Under the pieces are notes generated by a model. The model was not told the origin of the DNA. It did no database searches and saw only the letters and a list, made by a program, of their open reading frames with translations. Below are positions 21,997 to 32,231 of a DNA stretch of 64,000 nt, piece after piece (positions within the stretch are counted from its first letter, which is position 1; each line of letters opens with the position of its first letter). The translations under genes were made by a program, and so were the position numbers. Origin of the DNA: Pontiella sp. (GTDB lineage: Bacteria; Verrucomicrobiota; Kiritimatiellia; Kiritimatiellales; Pontiellaceae); assembly GCA_050290185.1 (NCBI GenBank), contig JBNKHE010000001.1, forward strand, positions 258,713 through 322,712, read 5' to 3'.

Positions 21997-24909
21997 TTAT
22001 CGTTCTACCGGCGTTTTCACTGCCAATGTTGCAATATCCCCGGGGCTGAGCGCGCTGGCGTAGATACGGAAGTCGTCCACCCTCGCCTTGAGCAAGGGAT
22101 CGGGAAACTGCGATGTGCCGATGTAGTTCCGGGAGGTTTTTCCAAGCGAGTCCGGCGCAAGCGCAAGTTCGGCATTGCGCCCGACGGCCTCGCCGTTGAG
22201 GTAGAGTGTACCGGCGCCGTCCTTCTCCACCACGGCGACATGCGCCCACTCGCCAACGGGCACGGATTTCGATCCGTTGATGGTCTTTTCGTCGCCGTCG
22301 TGCTTAATGGAAAATCGCATGTTCCCGCCATCACCGCTGATAGGTGAAAGATACATATAGGTTTCGGTATCGTTGCCGAAATCAAACAGCCGGGACCATG
22401 GTACCGGAGCATCAATATAAACCCACGCGGTGACACTGAAGTTCGTCAGCCCGGCCATAATGCCTTCAGGCAGTTCAACATAGTCGTTTTCCCCGTCGAG
22501 GACGATCGCCTTGCCGGAGACGCCCGGCCCATGGTCGGGCGAGCCGGAACATTTGCCGTCTAGATTGTTGCCGGATGAATCGGCTACTTTTCGATCGCTG
22601 GAATCATCGAACGTAAACTGCAGGTGCAGCTTTCCCGGGCTGGCTTCAATGCTGTCCGGCCCCTCGCCGCCTTTCCCGACGGCGCTGACAACATAGAAAT
22701 ACTCCTTGTCCTTGGCGGCACCGGGATCGGTGAACATCAGCTTTAAAACCGGCTTGGGGGCCGCCGTGTAGGGACCACCGCTCTGGTCCGCGCGTTTGAC
22801 GATGTAGCCCTTGGCCCCGGGAACAGGATTCCACGTCAGTTTCACTCGACTGGAAGATACGCGTTCAGCGGCCAATCCCGTCGGAATAGGCATTGCGCCG
22901 GCATCCTGGATGGCCCACTGCTGATCCCACCCAACGTTGGAATTGCGTTGGTCTAGCTGGGTGCCACTTTGGAGGGAGGCGTTTTTGACACCGATCCGGG
23001 AGCCTCTATTCACCGGCGCGATGCTGAAGTAGCCGTCGCCCTCCGCCCGAATGATGAAGCGCTGGTTGCTGCCCGTGTTCTCGCCGCCCCACCAGAAGAG
23101 GTTCACCCCTTTTCCGCCACCATCGCTCCAGAACCACTTGTTCTCCAGCGACGAAATGCGGTACTGCCCCGCCCCGAGATGTTCCAGCTTCCACAGTTGT
23201 GCTTTCATTTTCTTGAAGGGAGCCTGGATCACCACGTTGTCGCCGACCTTCTTGGCAAATTCGTTGCCGCCGGCGGCCTTGTTGGCAGCATCGAGTTTCA
23301 GAACTTCGTCCATATCGATGTTCTCGGTCTTGTTCATCATCGCCAGTCCGCTGTTGCGGTTCACGATCTTGTATTCCCCGGAGGGAAGCGGACCGTCCTC
23401 CAACGGCGCAAATTCAATCCAGTTCAAGGCGCAGCCGCCTTCTGGAACCTCCACCCGCAGCACATTGCGTCCATAGCCGAGGAATACATTCTGCTCGACC
23501 GTGCGGAAGGAACTGCCCGCCGGTTCAAGGGGAAGTTGCGCGATCTCGCCTCCACCGAGAAGCATGCGGAGTTTTGCGGGCTTCGCGGCCGCATAGCGCA
23601 GGGCGAGTTGGAAGACTCCGGGCTCCTTCACATAGATCGTGTATTCCAGCCACTCGCCTTCGTCGGCAACCACCGCAAAGCCAGATCCTCCGTCGGTGAC
23701 CGCCCGGATGTCCACCCCCTCCTCCGGACGATAGCCGCCGCGATGCGTCTTTGGACTCTTGACGTGAAAAGCGACGCCTTCTCCGCCCGTATCGAAATCC
23801 TCGAACTCCAGGCGCATCGTCCCCTTCAGCTCGTCGCCATCCCAGGTATGCGGGGTTTCCCGCGGCAGGCCGTCGTTGCCGTAGACCCCGCGCTCGGGTG
23901 GCCAGTGGCCGAAGTCGGGCGTCCACGAGAGCCCGCCTTGCTCAACACGATCCTTGAAGCTTTTCGGATCGGTGACGAATTCCGAAACGCCGGTTGGAGG
24001 AACGGTCAGAAAGGTGAGCCACGAAATGCCCATTCGCTCCAGCGAGGCCGTGAGTTCGATATCCTGGCCGCCCGCACCGCCCCACTTTCCGCCGTGGAAT
24101 TCGGTCATGATGCATGGATAGCCGGCAGCCAGAATTTCCTTCACCGCAAGCGGTGTGTTGTTGTGTCCGGCATAGCCGTGGAAAGCGATGGCCGCGTTGC
24201 TCCAGACCTTTGCGGGATCAATCCCGATTTCCTTATTGAAGATCTCAATATCCTGAAGCGCCGCCTCGCCACCTTCCTTGCCTCCCAGCACAGAATAGTC
24301 AAAGAGCAGGATCGGCGTATCTGGCGCGGCGGCGCGGATTGTCTTGTAGGCGTCGATCTCCATCGAAATGGCACCCGGCGGAGTCGCGTTGGGGTTGCTG
24401 TAGGGCGGGCCCCAGGCAACCGGCTCGTTCTGTACTTCGAAAAGGACGTGCGTCTCGTTCGCGTAGCGCTCCGCGTACAACGCCCAGAAATCATGGATCC
24501 ACTTCGCATTGTAGTTGCCGTTGTTCGCGCCGTTGCCGATGGTAATCACCAGATACAGGCCCAGATCGCGCGTATACTTCACGATCTTATCCACATCGTC
24601 CATATGATATCCCGGAGCCGTACTGCCCGGACTGGGATAGTTGATGTCGAAGCATTCCGCATACAGGTGAACCGCGTTGAAGCCGAGATCCTTCATCTTT
24701 GCGATTTCCGATTCGGGAGCCGCCGAAGTCCATTCGGTGGAGGTATAGGGTCCACGCAATAGTTTGCCGTTGTCGGCCACGAACGTCGTGCGCGCGGCAT
24801 TGAGTTGCGGGCGGCCGCGCGGAATGGTGATGGCAGCAGATGCGGTCTCCAGCCCCCACAGCACCATGAACAACATGCAGAGTATCAGTCTCGTTGCTTG
24901 TTTTTTCAT
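21997..24909 (-). CDS. GH5_34-like arabinoxylanase paralogue + CBM6 + CBM13-like + FN3 + LamG/ConA domain
   Basis: RGRPQLNAARTTFVADNG, NEPVAWGPPYS, CIMTE; C-terminal LamG-like segment (WSRLFDFG...WAHVAV...DDFRIYASALS); signal peptide. Confidence 0.88.
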   Translation of the reverse strand: MKKQATRLILCMLFMVLWGLETASAAITIPRGRPQLNAARTTFVADNGKLLRGPYTSTEWTSAAPESEIAKMKDLGFNAVHLYAECFDINYPSPGSTAPGYHMDDVDKIVKYTRDLGLYLVITIGNGANNGNYNAKWIHDFWALYAERYANETHVLFEVQNEPVAWGPPYSNPNATPPGAISMEIDAYKTIRAAAPDTPILLFDYSVLGGKEGGEAALQDIEIFNKEIGIDPAKVWSNAAIAFHGYAGHNNTPLAVKEILAAGYPCIMTEFHGGKWGGAGGQDIELTASLERMGISWLTFLTVPPTGVSEFVTDPKSFKDRVEQGGLSWTPDFGHWPPERGVYGNDGLPRETPHTWDGDELKGTMRLEFEDFDTGGEGVAFHVKSPKTHRGGYRPEEGVDIRAVTDGGSGFAVVADEGEWLEYTIYVKEPGVFQLALRYAAAKPAKLRMLLGGGEIAQLPLEPAGSSFRTVEQNVFLGYGRNVLRVEVPEGGCALNWIEFAPLEDGPLPSGEYKIVNRNSGLAMMNKTENIDMDEVLKLDAANKAAGGNEFAKKVGDNVVIQAPFKKMKAQLWKLEHLGAGQYRISSLENKWFWSDGGGKGVNLFWWGGENTGSNQRFIIRAEGDGYFSIAPVNRGSRIGVKNASLQSGTQLDQRNSNVGWDQQWAIQDAGAMPIPTGLAAERVSSSRVKLTWNPVPGAKGYIVKRADQSGGPYTAAPKPVLKLMFTDPGAAKDKEYFYVVSAVGKGGEGPDSIEASPGKLHLQFTFDDSSDRKVADSSGNNLDGKCSGSPDHGPGVSGKAIVLDGENDYVELPEGIMAGLTNFSVTAWVYIDAPVPWSRLFDFGNDTETYMYLSPISGDGGNMRFSIKHDGDEKTINGSKSVPVGEWAHVAVVEKDGAGTLYLNGEAVGRNAELALAPDSLGKTSRNYIGTSQFPDPLLKARVDDFRIYASALSPGDIATLAVKTPVER

Positions 24910-24933
24910 TTTATCAGCCTTTTTCGCCGGCTC

Positions 24934-27618
24934 CTATTTTACCGGCACCTGTACCGCCTGACCGGTGTACTTCACCACAGCATCCGGCTGTTCGGACGGA
25001 TCAATGCCGACCCCGTGATCAGATGATACCCACACAACATGGAACGTCCGGGTTTTGAGCATGCCGGGGAAAGTGCCCTTGCGCTTGCCGATGACGAGCG
25101 TCTGCTGCTCTTCATTCCATTGAATCGGAATAATGGCGTGGTTGCCCTTTTCATAGTCGTAGTTGTCGCCTTCGTCCTCATACAGCGCAAAGTGCCCGTC
25201 AGCCCCGGTATAAACACGCAGCTCGATCGTATCGGACGACTTCTCACCGACGTATTGTTGTTTCGGACCGAGCGGTACGATGGAACCGGCACGGACATGC
25301 AGCGGAATCTGATCAAGCGGCGACGCGGCCTTTACGCGCTGGCCGCCGTTTAGTTTTTTTCCGGTCCAGAAGTCAATCCAGCCTGCTTCGTTTTGCGGCA
25401 GGTAGACGTCCCACTCCTTCACGCCCGGCTCCAGCACCGGAGAGACAAGGAATGCGGGACCGAACATATATTCATAGCTTTGCGTCAGGGCCGTTTCATC
25501 GCCGGCAAAATCCATCACCAGCGGGCGCATGAGGGTTGTGCCCTCGAACGTCATGCGGGCGGCTTCGCTGTAGATGTACGGAAAGAGGCGGTAGCGAAGA
25601 TCAAGATAGCGTTTGGCCTCCTGCTCGACTTCCGCGCCATAGCGCCAGAATTCCGTATCGGTCTGGTAGCCGTGAACGCGCTGCAGCGGGCAGAACGTGG
25701 AATACTGGAACCAGCGGATAAACCGTTCATGGAAGCCCTTGTCCTGGTATTGTCCGCCGCCGGGCCGGAAGAAGCCGCCGGTATCGGTCGTCCAGTACGG
25801 AAGGCCCGCGGCGACAAAGTTCAGGCCCGCCGGAACCTGCCGGCGCAGGGTTTCCCAGCTGTTACCAATATCCCCCGACCACGTCGCAGCCGCATAGCGC
25901 TGCTGGCCGAGGAAGGCTGAACGGGTCAGTATGAAAACTCGTTGGTCAGGCCGACCATGGCGCTGCCCTTCATAGACGGTCTTCGTGACGAAGAGCGGAT
26001 AGACCAGGCGCATCTTTTCGCCGGGACCGACATGCGTCTTGCGTCCGACCAGATCGTCGTTTTCCGGTTCGGTGGCATCCTGCCACCATGCATCGATCCC
26101 CAGCGACAGCAGTTTTTCACTGAAGTTTTTCCAATAGAATGCGGCGGCATCGGGATTGAAGAAATCGACCCACTGGGTGCCGGGAATGTAATAGCCCTTC
26201 TCTGCAAACGCCCGGCCCACTTCGGAATTCGGATCAATCTTCGACCAGACCGAGAGCATCAGGCGGGCATTCATTGCATGCAGTTCCTCGACCATCTCAG
26301 CAGGATCGGGATATTGATCTTCATCGAAGCGCATGGCATTCCAGCCATACTTCCCCCAATACTGCCAATCCTGCACCATGACATCCATGGGTAGCTTGCG
26401 CTGGCGAAATTCACGCGCGTTTTCCAGCAACTGTTGCTGGGAACTGAAGCGTTCCCGGCAATGGATGTACCCGAAGATCCAGTCCGGAAGCAACGTGGCA
26501 GCACCCGTCAGATCGCGGTAGGCTCCGATCGCCTCGTCGCCCGTTCCGGCAAAAAAGACATAGTCCAGCGCATCGGCCACCGGGGACCGAAGAACGGTGG
26601 TATCCTGTTCCGAGCGGAAGAAAACCGACGGCTTGTCGTTCCGTTCCCCCCGAACCGTAATCGTATGGGTGCCGGCGGAGAGATCCATCTTCCAGCTGGT
26701 AGTAGGAGGCAACCATAAATTCCTGAAATCAAAGAGCGTTTCCCCGTCGATCTCGATGTGCCACCGGTTCGCCATGCTGCGGCCGACATCCAACAGGAAG
26801 GCGTAGCTCCCCGCCTTATCCACGATGAAGTTGCCGCCGAATACGCCCTGCTGGCGGGTCTCCTGACGGGTCCCTTCGGTCGTGGTAACATCCACCGTCT
26901 CGGCATCGCCGTTGGCTTCGCCGGGCGAAAGATCGATCCGGTTGTCGGCCGGATTCAGATCCACCAGCCCATAATTATGCCACAGCAATGCATAGCCCTT
27001 GCTGGAGAGAAAAAACGGTACCGCGATCTGGGAATTCACCTGGGTCAGCCGGCGCGGCAATCCACGCAGGTTGAACTCGCCATCCTGGAACTGGCCGGAG
27101 CCGAACAGATATTCATCCGGAGGGGAAACGAAGGTCTGTTCCACCGCCAGCGTCGGCTCGCCATGCAGGATCGACCGCCTCACCGTCCTACCGCCCCCCA
27201 CCGGCTCCTGCAGCAGCACATTGCCTTCCGCATCCAGAAACGTTATGCGGCCGGACTTCCTATCGACTGCTACGGTCATTTTATCGGTTGAAACCGTGAC
27301 GGCATCCTCCTGTTCGTTGAACTTGAACGGAACGGGCCTGGTTTCCTGCAGCACCAGGCTGTCCAGGTCCGGCAACGCCTTCTCCGGCGTGTACAGCACC
27401 CGCACCGCCCGATCCGAGCAAAGCTGCAGCCGCAGGAGTCCGGATTCCATCCTGCAGGTCACCCCGTATGCATCCCGGGCCGCCTCCTTCAGCAGAACCG
27501 GAGCGGCCAAGGTTACGTTAATCATGACGCCCCAGATAAACAGAGAGAAAACCAAACGTATCATGAACAACAGCCTTCCCGTGTTTCGACGACTCTTGAT
27601 CTGGAATGACTGCTTCAT
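24934..27618 (-). CDS. GH31 alpha-xylosidase-like glycoside hydrolase
   Basis: MVQDWQYWGKYGW, WWQDATEPE, TWSGDIG, WTTDTGGFFRP. ATG 27618 with RBS AGAGGAG. Confidence 0.9.
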   Translation of the reverse strand: MKQSFQIKSRRNTGRLLFMIRLVFSLFIWGVMINVTLAAPVLLKEAARDAYGVTCRMESGLLRLQLCSDRAVRVLYTPEKALPDLDSLVLQETRPVPFKFNEQEDAVTVSTDKMTVAVDRKSGRITFLDAEGNVLLQEPVGGGRTVRRSILHGEPTLAVEQTFVSPPDEYLFGSGQFQDGEFNLRGLPRRLTQVNSQIAVPFFLSSKGYALLWHNYGLVDLNPADNRIDLSPGEANGDAETVDVTTTEGTRQETRQQGVFGGNFIVDKAGSYAFLLDVGRSMANRWHIEIDGETLFDFRNLWLPPTTSWKMDLSAGTHTITVRGERNDKPSVFFRSEQDTTVLRSPVADALDYVFFAGTGDEAIGAYRDLTGAATLLPDWIFGYIHCRERFSSQQQLLENAREFRQRKLPMDVMVQDWQYWGKYGWNAMRFDEDQYPDPAEMVEELHAMNARLMLSVWSKIDPNSEVGRAFAEKGYYIPGTQWVDFFNPDAAAFYWKNFSEKLLSLGIDAWWQDATEPENDDLVGRKTHVGPGEKMRLVYPLFVTKTVYEGQRHGRPDQRVFILTRSAFLGQQRYAAATWSGDIGNSWETLRRQVPAGLNFVAAGLPYWTTDTGGFFRPGGGQYQDKGFHERFIRWFQYSTFCPLQRVHGYQTDTEFWRYGAEVEQEAKRYLDLRYRLFPYIYSEAARMTFEGTTLMRPLVMDFAGDETALTQSYEYMFGPAFLVSPVLEPGVKEWDVYLPQNEAGWIDFWTGKKLNGGQRVKAASPLDQIPLHVRAGSIVPLGPKQQYVGEKSSDTIELRVYTGADGHFALYEDEGDNYDYEKGNHAIIPIQWNEEQQTLVIGKRKGTFPGMLKTRTFHVVWVSSDHGVGIDPSEQPDAVVKYTGQAVQVPVK

Positions 27619-27700
27619 TCTTGCTCCTCTGTTCTTTTGCACGCTGCTATTTTCAAACACGGCGTCGTGACAACTGATCCGGGCCTGAAACAGCCCCGAT

Positions 27701-27734
27701 TACTATAGGCGCCGTTCGAGTATTTTTCCGGCCA
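27701..27734 (-). promoter_or_regulatory. Putative ECF-sigma promoter, copy 2
   Basis: Minus strand reads TGGCCG GAAAAATACTCGAAC GGCGCCT ATAGTA, just downstream of a terminator and ~85 bp before the GH31 start. Confidence 0.7.
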
Positions 27735-27767
27735 AGAAATAGTGTCGCTCTCTTCCGCATTGGGCTG

Positions 27768-27806
27768 ATAAAGAAACAGGCTGTTTCCTTGTTTAAAGAA
27801 ACAGCC
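27768..27806 (-). terminator. Rho-independent terminator after GH27
   Basis: 9-bp stem GGCTGTTTC/GAAACAGCC (27779-27787 and 27798-27806), followed on the minus strand by TGTTTCTTTAT. Confidence 0.6.
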
Positions 27807-27836
27807 CGTTCCTGCTGCGTATTCCGACTTAGAAGC

Positions 27837-29411
27837 TTATTTCACAAGCGTGAGCTTCACGAACACCACTCCGTGCGGGGCGACCTTGGATTCAAATTTG
27901 CCCTGGAATTCGCCCAGGTCCTTCTGCCGCCAGAGGTCGCGCACGACATATTTTTCCCCGCCGTTCGCTGTCGGAAGATTGCCCCATGGGCCCCACTTCA
28001 CGTCAACGGTCTGTTCGGATTCGCCCCGATTGAACAGGCCGACCGCAAAAGAGCCGTCTTCAAGCCGCTTCGCATAGACAACCCGGCCGTCCTCGTTGCT
28101 GAACTGCGTAGCCTGACGGCCCAACGCATCCTGATTGACAGACAGCACTTCATCGTTCGTCAGCAGCCCAAGTGTAAAATCATCCAGCTGCGCGAGATCG
28201 CACCCGAGAATCAGCGGTGCGGAGAGCAGGCACCAGAGGCTGATATGCGTATATTGCTCATCGGGCGTGAGATTGCTCGGATGCAGGTGGGGACCCCAGC
28301 CGACCATACCGACAACCAGCATATCGGGATCGCTCCAGTGGCCCGGTCCGGTATAGGCGGCCCAGCGGTCCTGGGAAAACCCTTTTTGGCTCATGCTCTT
28401 CCAACTGTCGTTGATGTCCCCGGTCGTGCGCCATAGGTTGGACAGGCGCGCGTATTCGGCGGCGTCTTCGTAGATGCCGCTGTTTGACAGGCTGTAGACA
28501 AAATCGCGGCCGGTTGCCCGCAAAGCATCGGCCATCTCCTCGACGTGCGGAATATCGTTCGGGAACCAGTCGTACTTCAGATAGTCCACGCCCCACTCCG
28601 CCCATTGTTTGGCGTCCTGCGTGGCGAATGAATGCTTGCCGAAGGTCCAGTTGACCCAGGTGGGCTTGTTGTCGGGGGTTTTGAGTTTGTAGAATTCATT
28701 GATGTGTCCGTCTTCAACCCAGTCGTAGGTGCCGTCCTTGTTGTCGGAGGAACCGCCCACATATCCTGCGTACGTTCCGCGCCAGGGTCCCGAGTAGATC
28801 CCGAACTTGAGTCCGAGACCGTGAATCTCGTCTGCAAGCTCCTTCATGTCCGGAAACTTCTTGTTCGGCTGGATGGCATTAAGCTTTCCGTCGCGCTTGC
28901 CCTGCCAGCCGTCGTCAATATTGATAAACGTCCAGCCATGCTGCTGCAGCCCCTTTTCCGCCATCGCCCGCGCCGAGCTGAGCACCTTTTCCTGGCTCAC
29001 CGCGTCGCCCCAGCAGTTCCAGCTGCTCCAGCCCATCGGCGGCGTGAGCGCGATTTGGTCCCCCACCACGATGCGGAACTCCTTCGTGTCCGTCCCCAAT
29101 GCGTTCTTCGCCCCCAGCGTCACCGTGTACTCACCGGGCTTGGCAATCTTGCCGGTAATCCGGCCGGTTTCCGCATCCACCTTCAGGCCAGCCGGCAGAT
29201 CCTTGACGCCGAAATTCATCGGGCGCTTTCCGGTGACCGGGATGGAATAGAGGAACGGAGCCCCCGGCCGCATCCCGAAGACGTTGGGCCCGTTGATCCG
29301 CGGTGTGTCCGGCGCCGGCGGCGTGAGGATGACCTTTTCCTGCGCACCGCACCAGGCGGCCGCGCCCAGCACAGCACAGACAATCAGTGATCTCAGATAT
29401 CTTTTATTCAT
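27837..29411 (-). CDS. GH27 alpha-galactosidase / beta-L-arabinopyranosidase with N-terminal Ig-like domain
   Basis: TPPMGWSSWN, INIDDGWQ, VDYLKYDW, WRTTGDI, DPDMLVVG; N-terminal LPAGLKVDAETGRITG (putative Ig repeat). Confidence 0.92.
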   Translation of the reverse strand: MNKRYLRSLIVCAVLGAAAWCGAQEKVILTPPAPDTPRINGPNVFGMRPGAPFLYSIPVTGKRPMNFGVKDLPAGLKVDAETGRITGKIAKPGEYTVTLGAKNALGTDTKEFRIVVGDQIALTPPMGWSSWNCWGDAVSQEKVLSSARAMAEKGLQQHGWTFINIDDGWQGKRDGKLNAIQPNKKFPDMKELADEIHGLGLKFGIYSGPWRGTYAGYVGGSSDNKDGTYDWVEDGHINEFYKLKTPDNKPTWVNWTFGKHSFATQDAKQWAEWGVDYLKYDWFPNDIPHVEEMADALRATGRDFVYSLSNSGIYEDAAEYARLSNLWRTTGDINDSWKSMSQKGFSQDRWAAYTGPGHWSDPDMLVVGMVGWGPHLHPSNLTPDEQYTHISLWCLLSAPLILGCDLAQLDDFTLGLLTNDEVLSVNQDALGRQATQFSNEDGRVVYAKRLEDGSFAVGLFNRGESEQTVDVKWGPWGNLPTANGGEKYVVRDLWRQKDLGEFQGKFESKVAPHGVVFVKLTLVK

Positions 29412-29426
29412 AATCTCCCCTCCTAC

Positions 29427-32192
29427 TTATCGATTAATTTTTACAGGCAGCGTGATACGAATATCATCGGATGCCGCACCGACCAGAATTTCATAGTCGC
29501 CCGGCTCCACCACATACTGCCTAGTCTCGGTGTCCCAATAATGCAGGCGCTCGGTTGGAATTTCCAGCGTCACTTTTTCGGAAGTACCGTTAGCTACCTC
29601 CACCCGGGCAAATCCGCACAGCACCTTGTTCGGTTGCTCAACGCGTGAATTCAGGTGGCGGTAATAGACCTGAACCACATCGGCCCCATCCATTTCTCCG
29701 GAATTTTCAATAGTTAACGACAGCTTGATCGTACCATCGGCGGGCACCACGTCGACCGCCAATGTCGCGTCCTTGTAATCGAAACGGGTATAGCTGAGTC
29801 CATGCCCGAAGGCATAGAGCGGCTTGCCGTCAAAATATCGATAGGTCCGGTTCGCAAAGGAATAGTCGGTAAACGGCGGCAGGTCGTCGGTGGAGCGGTA
29901 GAAGGTCATCGGCAGATGGCCGCATGGATTAAATTCGCCGAAGAGCACCTCTGCCACGGCCTGTCCGCCTTCCTGGCCGGGATACCAGGCCTGGAGAATC
30001 GCCGGCAGATGTTCGGCTTCCCAGGGAAATGCCACCGCCGAACCACTGCAGTTGACAAAGACCATCGGCTTGCCGGTGGCATGCAGCGCCTTCACGAGAT
30101 CCTGCTGCACGCGCGGCAGTTCAATCTGGTCGCGGTCCAGCCCTTCCCCTTCCTGCGCCGGCGTAATTCCGCCCACATAGATAATCAGGTCGGCCTGCTT
30201 CGCCAGCGCAATCGCCTCCGCCTTCAGCTCGTCCACCGGACGCTCCGTGGCGTTGTCCTGCGCACTCCAGGCGGCTTGTCTCTTGTCTAGCCACACCGGG
30301 CTTCCCAGTGCAGAGGTCACTTCGAGATCCGATCCCGCCAGCATTTTAACGCCGTCCAGCATGGAAATGGGGTGCGAGGCCGATCCATGATAATTACCTT
30401 CCAGCATCGATTTTGAAGCCCCGTTCGGACCGATGACGGCGATGGTTTTATACCTGGAGCGATCCAGCGGAAGAATTCCGTCGTTCTTCAGCAGCACCAT
30501 CGACTGGCGGGCCACGTCCAGCGCCACCTTGCCGTTTTCCGGCGTGTCGTTGTCTTCGATGGTATATTTATTAAACGGAACCAGATCCACCGGATCAAAC
30601 AGCCCGAGACGGAAGCGGGTCCAGAGGGTATAGTACAGCGCCTGATCGATTTCATCTTCGCTGATCAGCTCCATCTGGGCAGCCTTCATCAACGCGTTGT
30701 AGTCCCCGCCGCAGCAGAGATTGCAGCCGGCTTTAACCGCAACGGCGGCGGCCTCTTCGGGGGTTTCCACGTAGCCGTGTCCTCGCTGCTCGTTCCAGAT
30801 ATTTCCGATTGCACTGCAGTCGGAAACGACATACCCCTCAAAGCCCCATTTATCGCGCAGCAGTTCGGTCAGCAGAAATGCGCTGGCACTGGCCGGAACG
30901 CCGTACACCGCGTTGTAGGCACTCATTACACCGCCGACCTTTCCTTCGCGCACGGCGCGCTCAAACTGAGGCAGATACATTTCGTACAGGTCCCGTTCAG
31001 ACGGATCGGCATTGAACCGGTAGCGGGACCGCTCCGGACCGCTGTGCACCGCATAGTGCTTGGCGCAGGCCATCGACAGCATGTAGTCGGGATGATCGCC
31101 CTGCATGCCCTTAATAAACTCAATGCTCATCTCCGCCGTCAGATACGGATCTTCACCATAGGTTTCCTGACCACGCCCCCAGCGGGGATCGCGGAAAATG
31201 TTGATGTTCGGCGTCCAGAAGGTCAGGCCGGTCCACCACTTGGAGTTTCCGCCGTTTTTCGAGGCATAGTCATTATGCTTGGCACGCCCTTCAATGCCGA
31301 TCACCCGGCCTTCTTCACGCATCAGCGCGGGATTCCAGGTGGCGGCCATGCCGACCGGTTCCGGGAAGACGGTGGCAACGCCGTTGTTCGCCACGCCGTG
31401 CAGCGCTTCATTCCAATAGCGATACGCCGGAAGCCCGAGGCGTTCAATCGCCGGGGCGTCATCCTGCAGTTGCGCCACTTTTTCGGCAAACGACATTCTG
31501 CGAATCAGATCCTTGATACGCACTTCCAGCGGATGATCGGGATTACGCCAGATGGCTGGCTCTTCAATTTCCGGAACCTTAGTGGCTTCCGTAGCAAAAG
31601 GATCGGCAATTTCCGTGGCACCGAAAAAAACGACCCGTTCGCCGGATGTGTCAATCACCTCGAAGGTATTAAACTTTGCTTTCCCCTTCACGCCGACGAA
31701 CTCAACCTTGAGCGGTCCGCGCAGGGCATCGTCGGAGTGTTCCACCGTCTCAATAATATAACTTGCCTTTCGCGCTCCGCCGGACTCCTTAAAGACATCA
31801 TACTTTTCAGCCAGCGTTTTATCGCCGGAAGTCACCGTAAACAACCGCTCCCCGGCCTGCTGTATCTGCGTTTCGACCATTCCGATAATGACCGAGTAGC
31901 TCCCCTCGGGAAGCCCGGAAACCGTTACGGCAAACGAATCGCCGACAATCGCCTCGCGAAACGCCTGCAGATCTTCTCCCGCACCCTCAATCCGATCGGC
32001 ACCAAGCTCCCGTTCATGCGAAAACGCTCCGGCAACGCTGACCTGATGATTGCAGTAAGCACAGACCTCTTCCGCCGCGTCAACGTGTGATGACTGAGAC
32101 GCAAGCCCAACAAAAACAAAGAGCGCCGCGAGGGAATGCAAAAAGGTTCTCCGATGCGACGGCTTCTTCCTTTCCGGGTTACGAATATGCAT
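29427..32192 (-). CDS. GH3 beta-xylosidase with N-terminal malectin-like domain
   Basis: WNEALHG, RDPRWGRGQETYGEDP, KHYAVHSGPE, VSDC, AWYPGQEGG, FGHGLSYT; N-terminal GERLFTV...YDVFKESGG segment is malectin-like. Confidence 0.92.
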   Translation of the reverse strand: MHIRNPERKKPSHRRTFLHSLAALFVFVGLASQSSHVDAAEEVCAYCNHQVSVAGAFSHERELGADRIEGAGEDLQAFREAIVGDSFAVTVSGLPEGSYSVIIGMVETQIQQAGERLFTVTSGDKTLAEKYDVFKESGGARKASYIIETVEHSDDALRGPLKVEFVGVKGKAKFNTFEVIDTSGERVVFFGATEIADPFATEATKVPEIEEPAIWRNPDHPLEVRIKDLIRRMSFAEKVAQLQDDAPAIERLGLPAYRYWNEALHGVANNGVATVFPEPVGMAATWNPALMREEGRVIGIEGRAKHNDYASKNGGNSKWWTGLTFWTPNINIFRDPRWGRGQETYGEDPYLTAEMSIEFIKGMQGDHPDYMLSMACAKHYAVHSGPERSRYRFNADPSERDLYEMYLPQFERAVREGKVGGVMSAYNAVYGVPASASAFLLTELLRDKWGFEGYVVSDCSAIGNIWNEQRGHGYVETPEEAAAVAVKAGCNLCCGGDYNALMKAAQMELISEDEIDQALYYTLWTRFRLGLFDPVDLVPFNKYTIEDNDTPENGKVALDVARQSMVLLKNDGILPLDRSRYKTIAVIGPNGASKSMLEGNYHGSASHPISMLDGVKMLAGSDLEVTSALGSPVWLDKRQAAWSAQDNATERPVDELKAEAIALAKQADLIIYVGGITPAQEGEGLDRDQIELPRVQQDLVKALHATGKPMVFVNCSGSAVAFPWEAEHLPAILQAWYPGQEGGQAVAEVLFGEFNPCGHLPMTFYRSTDDLPPFTDYSFANRTYRYFDGKPLYAFGHGLSYTRFDYKDATLAVDVVPADGTIKLSLTIENSGEMDGADVVQVYYRHLNSRVEQPNKVLCGFARVEVANGTSEKVTLEIPTERLHYWDTETRQYVVEPGDYEILVGAASDDIRITLPVKINR

Positions 32193-32231
32193 TGGAGCTC
32201 CTGTAGTGATACACTTTGTTCACGACGGTCA

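Noticed and set aside
13949..22249. Upstream extensions of ORF-track starts (14131, 22249; also 3168, 35951, 35963, 44325, 45321)
   Set aside because: They overlap neighbouring genes or promoters; downstream starts give an RBS and/or a proper signal peptide.
32046..32063. CAYCNH in GH3 as a heme-c binding site
   Set aside because: Not CxxCH; there is an extra residue before His.
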